Shown: positions 62,920 to 64,000 of the stretch, piece after piece
Position numbering within the stretch: position 1 is the stretch's first letter
Layout of the letters: each line of letters starts with the position of its first letter
Assembly (NCBI RefSeq): GCF_963853765.1
Contig: NC_088858.1
Location: 9,114,001-9,178,000 of the forward strand
Direction of reading: 5' to 3'
Length of the DNA stretch: 64,000 bases
From: Magallana gigas
Taxonomy: Eukaryota
Program-made: the position numbers and the translations under genes
The notes under the pieces: generated by a model
Told to the model about the DNA's origin: nothing
The model's database searches: none
The model's input: the letters and a program-made list of their open reading frames with translations, nothing else

Positions 62920-64000
62920 TTGGGAGTAAATGAATATATACATTTTCGCACGTAATGTAGCGATGATAGAGCTTATATATACCGTACGATCCTACACAGT
63001 TTGGGTTAAAATAGAGATTGTTTCAAAGTCAGCTCTATTGGGGTCAAGTCTTCGGCATGTAGGGAGCGATAACGACGCTATCAGCTACGTGTCTGCCGGC
63101 GAACCCTGCCCCTGTTTGTGCTCGGTGTCTGCGTGACTCCTGTGCACACCGACTATTACATTGTATAAGTACGCAAAACATCACGTGCACGTTGACAGGC
63201 AGTCTCCCGTAAAATGTCTGATGAGTCTACAGTTGGGAGTTTTATGACAATGAAAACTATTTCATGAATATCCTCTTTCTCTTTATTCAGCATGAAGTTA
63301 ATAGGTGCCGTTATTGATTACTGAGATTTTTGTTTAATTCTTCGATTATAATTGCGAGTAAAGATCCAAATTACCATGCAATGCTAAATGTTGAGTAATT
63401 TAAGAACGATCATAAATGATAAAAAATGAAACGAATACATGGTATCACTATGGATAAACAAACGTATACATGTAAAACGTTAAATCACTTCACCTATTAC
63501 TCCATCCTTCATTGAAGAAATGGGTTGAATATAAATTTAAAAAAACCCCGATGTCTGAAATGCACAACAGCAAGGGAAAAGTATCTTTTTAAGTTCACAT
63601 CATATATCATATATAATAAAATAACAAATCTTCAACTAAAAACCATATTCAGTGTTCGCCAGAGACAAAAAAGCAACGACAATTATGATTGCAATTCTAT
63701 ACATGTACTTTCATTATCAGTTTTAACTTCCTATTTTACAAACAGCAGAAGGGAAAAAAATTTCGTTTTTGCAAAGATCATACAGGGTTTTTCTTTGTTA
63801 TGTTAAACAAGTTGATTTGATAAGGACTGGTTATTTGTTAACCAGATATTCACCTGTACAATTTAGTTAGGTGCAATTCAGGTGTAAAGCCTAGATGGAT
63901 AATTCTATTCAGAAAAGGATACTTTTACAAAATAGACGGCATTGCCTGCATGAGACCCTGGAGTTGCTGTATGTCCCCTGACCGCGGATTATGATGTTCA

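Overview
AT-rich eukaryotic genomic DNA. The Cg170-like/Helentron repeats suggest a bivalve such as an oyster (inference). The window holds the last 13 coding exons of BIRC6 (+, including the UBC domain). One BIRC6 intron carries a 5.1-kb foldback element built from 65-bp hairpin monomers. Next come an SRSF3/7-like RRM gene with an essentially intronless CDS (+), an intronless DHHC palmitoyltransferase (-), CHAC2 (+), NAA80 (-) and ARMT1 (+, head-to-head with NAA80, ATGs 160 bp apart). These are followed by an orphan 212-aa ORF (-), a probable decayed Mutator-like transposase, and CCDC170 (+, 12 exons, one GC-AG intron). The last 14 kb is gene-poor, with two phase-compatible candidate exons of a gene that runs out of the window. 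ARMT1 followed by CCDC170 on the same strand matches the human 6q25.1 order ARMT1-CCDC170-ESR1, so that unidentified gene could be the estrogen receptor (untested). Many MITEs, nested TIR elements, perfect palindromes and one assembly gap are also present. All exon models were built by hand from splice signals, phase continuity and recalled protein similarity; no database search was run.
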